Shown here piece by piece: positions 17,079 to 20,000 of a stretch of DNA of 20,000 bases. Every line of letters starts with the position of its first letter. Position 1 is the first letter of the stretch. Made by a program: the position numbers and the translations under genes. Source of the DNA: an uncultured virus (IMG/VR IMGVR_UViG_3300024999_000098) (taxonomy: Duplodnaviria > Heunggongvirae > Uroviricota > Caudoviricetes); IMG/VR virus record IMGVR_UViG_3300024999_000098, one strand, 5' to 3'. Below the pieces are notes generated by a model that was not told the DNA's origin, made no database searches, and saw nothing but the letters and a program-made list of their open reading frames with translations.

Positions 17079-17589
17079 GCAATGACTCCCCGTGCAGCTG
17101 TTTGTAGGCATTATACGCCGCGATACTGTCCGCGATGTGTTCCATTTCCCCAGCTGCTTTGGGGAATGCCTTTGGAGCCCATGCCCCATACCTGTCCCGA
17201 ACCCAACCCATGATATCCCTCTTGGTCGCCTCTGGATTTCCAAGCGCATATAACTTGACGTTACGGGGAGAGATCCATTTTATATAGAAACCCTTTACCC
17301 CGCAAGCCCCTATAGCAACACCGGTAGCCATCTTCATTGAGGCTGCGGCCTTGGCCGACTTGGAACCACCCGGCAACTCAGCTATTACCTGGGTAATCTC
17401 TGGATAGTCATCGAAAACCGCCCTAAAACCACAGGCGATCACGAAGGCATCAAAAGCGGCCTGCTCGGAAATCTGACCAATAACGGCCTTAACAGGCTTT
17501 GTTCTCCAGACCCCAAAATCCAAGAGCATTCCATCCCGGAATATCGACCACCCCGTATTCCTTATACCGAGATCTAAAGACAACTCCAT
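16828..17589 (-). CDS. ruvC: RuvC-like Holliday junction resolvase (core ~17589-17095; doubtful C-terminal extension)
   Basis: LSLDLGIRNTGW (catalytic D), VIAELP (E), ISPRNVKLYALGNPEATKRDIM, EHIADSIA (D). GGAGG RBS favours ATG 17589. Confidence 0.85.
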   Translation of the reverse strand: MELSLDLGIRNTGWSIFRDGMLLDFGVWRTKPVKAVIGQISEQAAFDAFVIACGFRAVFDDYPEITQVIAELPGGSKSAKAAASMKMATGVAIGACGVKGFYIKWISPRNVKLYALGNPEATKRDIMGWVRDRYGAWAPKAFPKAAGEMEHIADSIAAYNAYKQLHGESLRGEAKNATIGSVPGRSGRSCAGKKAILRGRVLPSCIRHKAPRPAGPVGRNVVTGMDQGARLRLKKTGGRMSRRASGRSGSHRI

Positions 17590-18134
17590 TTCCACCCTCC
17601 CCTGGAGTCAATATACTGCTTTGCGCTGGAGTGGATATCGCACTCTGGGAACCCCAGGCACTGCTCTGCTGCAAACCTGGCGAAAGCGGCATCAAGGATT
17701 GAAGTGTAAAGACCCAGGTTCCGCATCTTACCATTCACACAGATTCTTGCTATCCATTTTCTTGTCAGTTTATGCCAGTAAATCCCCTTTACCCCAGACG
17801 TGTTATCGCTCCTCATTTTGCAATTTCTCTGCTGACACTGATATGAGGCTTCGCGTAAATTCAACCTCCAGTTATGCCAAGGCACCCTGTCGATGTGGTC
17901 TACGGTGTTCTCGGGAAGATAGCCGTCTGTATAGAGAATTGCAAGGCGGTGGGCAAAATAGCGCCTACCGTCGATCCCGATCTGGATATAGCCATCCCCG
18001 TCACGGGTGCCAGCCCTTGAACCCTCCAAAGCCCTATTGGCCAAAGACTCGATCCATGTAAAAAAACCAGTATCAGGGTTGTAGTCCAGCACCTCCTTAA
18101 GTCTCTCCTGCGTCAGGCTACAGTGTTGTTCCAT
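17574..18134 (-). CDS. HNH homing endonuclease (HNH_3 plus AP2-like C-terminus)
   Basis: LTQERLKEVLDYNPDTGFFTW..GY..YFAHRLA..VDHIDRVPWHNWRLNLREA..NTSGVKGI..W.ARI..LG. Likely start is ATG 18134, with GGGGGTGG upstream. Confidence 0.9.
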   Translation of the reverse strand: MEQHCSLTQERLKEVLDYNPDTGFFTWIESLANRALEGSRAGTRDGDGYIQIGIDGRRYFAHRLAILYTDGYLPENTVDHIDRVPWHNWRLNLREASYQCQQRNCKMRSDNTSGVKGIYWHKLTRKWIARICVNGKMRNLGLYTSILDAAFARFAAEQCLGFPECDIHSSAKQYIDSRGGWKWSCL

Positions 18135-18627
18135 CGCCAACCACCCCCCTTTTAATAATCTTGGCACCGTAAGCCTCAATAATATTGATGAAATTCTGGG
18201 GGCTCACATGCTCGGCAGTGATAGTCTTCCAATTGAGATATTGTATCAGTGGCGTTATTGCCCCCTCTGAGCAGAACAGCCGGTTTCGATTGCCCTTAAC
18301 GAGCTTGAAGACAAACCCGATACAACCTGCCCAGTCGTACTTGATCTTCATGGAGGCAAATCGATACATAGTCCAATCGGTGTACTTCTCCACCTCCGGA
18401 GGAACTTCCATCTCCCATATCTCGTATGGGGTTCCCTTGTGATGGTATTCCAGTTTTGAAAACCCCCATGCCTGGAATTTATTACCAGGCATGGGCCAGC
18501 ATTCGATAACCCTGCCGTACTTATCGAGATATCCGATATGGCTGTAGAATGGGCTACGCGTTACGAAGCGGATCGCCTTCGATAGCAGCCCAATTCCACG
18601 GAAGCCAATAAACTTGACACTACCCAT
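18118..18627 (-). CDS. Permuted papain-like NlpC/P60 (YiiX/YebB-like) protein
   Basis: SKAIRFVTRSPFYSHIG (His), VIE, YDW.G and RLFCSE (Cys) give the His-before-Cys permuted order; GAGGAGG RBS. Confidence 0.8.
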   Translation of the reverse strand: MGSVKFIGFRGIGLLSKAIRFVTRSPFYSHIGYLDKYGRVIECWPMPGNKFQAWGFSKLEYHHKGTPYEIWEMEVPPEVEKYTDWTMYRFASMKIKYDWAGCIGFVFKLVKGNRNRLFCSEGAITPLIQYLNWKTITAEHVSPQNFINIIEAYGAKIIKRGVVGDGTTL

Positions 18628-18790
18628 TTTCCCTCCTCAAATGAAGGATTGCACGGAGATCATCTCTCAACATCTTCCTAACACCGGGGAGATTATAAGC
18701 CGGACTACCCGGATCTCGATAATGCTTCATGATCCAATCATAGTCAAACTGCAGCATGTCGATCATTTCCTCATTTGTTTTTGCCTTCAT
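18620..18790 (-). CDS. Small hypothetical protein (56 aa); missed by the ORF track
   Basis: GGAGG RBS; MKAKTNEEMIDMLQFDYDWIMKHYRDPGSPAYNLPGVRKMLRDDLRAILHLRRENG*; 8-nt overlap with the NlpC/P60 start. Confidence 0.7.
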   Translation of the reverse strand: MKAKTNEEMIDMLQFDYDWIMKHYRDPGSPAYNLPGVRKMLRDDLRAILHLRRENG

Positions 18791-18803
18791 AAGCCTCCAT
18801 ATA

Positions 18804-18844
18804 GCAAAAGCCCAAGCAAGATCAAATCCTGTTTGGGCTTTTGC
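18804..18844 (-). promoter_or_regulatory. Intergenic inverted repeat / hairpin (terminator, processing site or operator)
   Basis: GCAAAAGCCCAA (18804-18815) is the exact reverse complement of TTGGGCTTTTGC (18833-18844), with further inner pairing. Confidence 0.6.
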
Positions 18845-18857
18845 ATAAACCCCAATC

Positions 18858-19676
18858 CTACCACTCCATCCTTACGGTTTTACTTGAATCGCCAAACGGG
18901 GCATGTAGGTAAATTCCTCCATGGGATGTACCAATATCGTTGTCCCCGTCACCATTCGGCCTTCCGTTGCCGGGTTTGAACACAAAGCCATACATGCTGG
19001 CCCTTGAATCTCGGTTACAGGTATCCTCCCTGTCCCTGCAGTTTTTTGCCGTACTCTTTACGACGAAGGTTTTTCCAGACGCGAAGGTAAGTTTCACCGG
19101 CCCACTACCGAGAGAGTCTCCGCGTTTGTTAATTCGCCAAGCCTGTCGGCCACCATTTCGCACACCGTAACTGGTGTAGGTAGCCGAGTTTTTATACACT
19201 CCGGGGGCACCACCACCTCCACCAGAAGATCTGCTCACCGCCGAATAGGTTTTCCCGTCCGACATCTTGACCACAAAGACCAGCGGCCTTGTGTACTGTG
19301 CGTCCGGCTTGCTAAGGATGAACACCGGGGAACCCTTGTAAGGAGTGCCCACTCTTGCCCATTCACCATTCACCGAGACTGCAGTCACAGATCCAACCGG
19401 CAGTGTCCGGAAGAGAATACCGGGCAATCCACCACCTTGATCAGTGGACCGTTCGTACTCAATCGCATGAGGGAACGGCAGCACAATCGGGTCGGGTGGC
19501 GGCGGTGGCGGCGGTGGCTGCGGAGTGATACCACCTCCACCAGGGAACAGCTCAGAACACAGGGCGGTGCATTGTCCCAGGCTCTGCGGGATTTCCATAG
19601 GCTGCGCCTCAGACGGCAACATACCGCCAATCATCCCAAGAATCAGCCCTAGTAAGAAAATCTGCAACCGCTCCAT
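18858..19676 (-). CDS. Hypothetical exported / membrane-anchored protein with a poly-Pro linker and two beta-rich domains
   Basis: Signal-like N-terminus MERLQIFLLGLILGMIGGMLPSEA; CTALC; QPPPPPPPPDP; Gly linker; GGAGG RBS; TAATG coupling to the upstream gene. Confidence 0.75.
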   Translation of the reverse strand: MERLQIFLLGLILGMIGGMLPSEAQPMEIPQSLGQCTALCSELFPGGGGITPQPPPPPPPPDPIVLPFPHAIEYERSTDQGGGLPGILFRTLPVGSVTAVSVNGEWARVGTPYKGSPVFILSKPDAQYTRPLVFVVKMSDGKTYSAVSRSSGGGGGAPGVYKNSATYTSYGVRNGGRQAWRINKRGDSLGSGPVKLTFASGKTFVVKSTAKNCRDREDTCNRDSRASMYGFVFKPGNGRPNGDGDNDIGTSHGGIYLHAPFGDSSKTVRMEW

Positions 19677-20000
19677 TACTCGACCTCCGTGACCGTTCCC
19701 TGGCCAGGCAGCGGTTTGGGCACATCCTCGCCGTCGCTATCGGTTACAGCAAGTGCTGCAGGCGGCTTCACTTCAGGAACAGGTGCCAGCGGCGGTACGA
19801 CAGTCGGTTTTGCCTGCGGCAGGATCGAATCGAGTCCAGGTACCAGGCTGGTAAGGTCACCGAGCCCACCCAGGTTCGGGGTTGCCGACTGGGGTGAATT
19901 GAACCCGAAGGAAGATCCGGCGATGGTGAGGTTGATGATAGCCGTAGAACCATTATCGGCCTTGGCCTCCAAGCTGACCGGCGTGACCCGGCCAGCTTGG
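19676..20000 (-). CDS. Partial (5'-truncated) Pro-rich hypothetical protein
   Basis: Frame is open to the window edge (QAGRVTPVSLEAKADNG...); its stop overlaps the next ATG. Confidence 0.65.
   Translation of the reverse strand, partial: QAGRVTPVSLEAKADNGSTAIINLTIAGSSFGFNSPQSATPNLGGLGDLTSLVPGLDSILPQAKPTVVPPLAPVPEVKPPAALAVTDSDGEDVPKPLPGQGTVTEVE

Noticed and set aside
16828..17595. TnpB/Cas12-type RuvC nuclease
   Set aside because: It is a compact stand-alone resolvase-type RuvC with no zinc finger, REC/WED region, transposase or array.
18135..18179. Extended N-terminus of the second HNH from the ORF track
   Set aside because: It overlaps the NlpC/P60 gene more deeply. ATG 18134 has an RBS and better matches the paralog's start.
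19494..19520. GGC/GGT microsatellite
   Set aside because: It simply encodes the poly-proline linker.
1..20000. Genome-wide TGA reassignment (genetic code 4/25)
   Set aside because: Several genes end in TGA with ATGA coupling (12207-12210, 13946-13949, 15436-15439, 16435-16438), and the long ORFs have no internal TGA.
1..20000. tRNA, rRNA, integrase, att sites or IS elements
   Set aside because: None recognisable by eye; the window is almost fully protein-coding.

Overview
Segment of a tailed dsDNA bacteriophage or prophage, probably podovirus-like and infecting a Gram-negative host. The + strand (1-15927) carries virion and lysis genes. These are a partial internal-virion-type gene, a 985-aa putative ejection protein with an inorganic-pyrophosphatase (InPase) domain, and a ~2690-aa polyvalent protein split by one frameshift near 9136. 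The polyvalent protein has glycosylase-like, ADP-ribosyltransferase-like, FYS/EExQ, zincin-like and LPD38-like domains. After a near-consensus sigma70 promoter come two small genes, two signal-peptide-bearing adhesin/lectin-like genes, a holin-like gene and a lambda-R-type endolysin. The - strand (20000-15896) converges on this block and carries two Pro-rich, probably exported proteins, a permuted NlpC/P60 protein, two paralogous HNH endonucleases, a RuvC-like resolvase and small ORFs. One small ORF has an in-frame TGA followed by a SECIS-like hairpin. All domain calls come from motif recognition by eye; no database searches were run.
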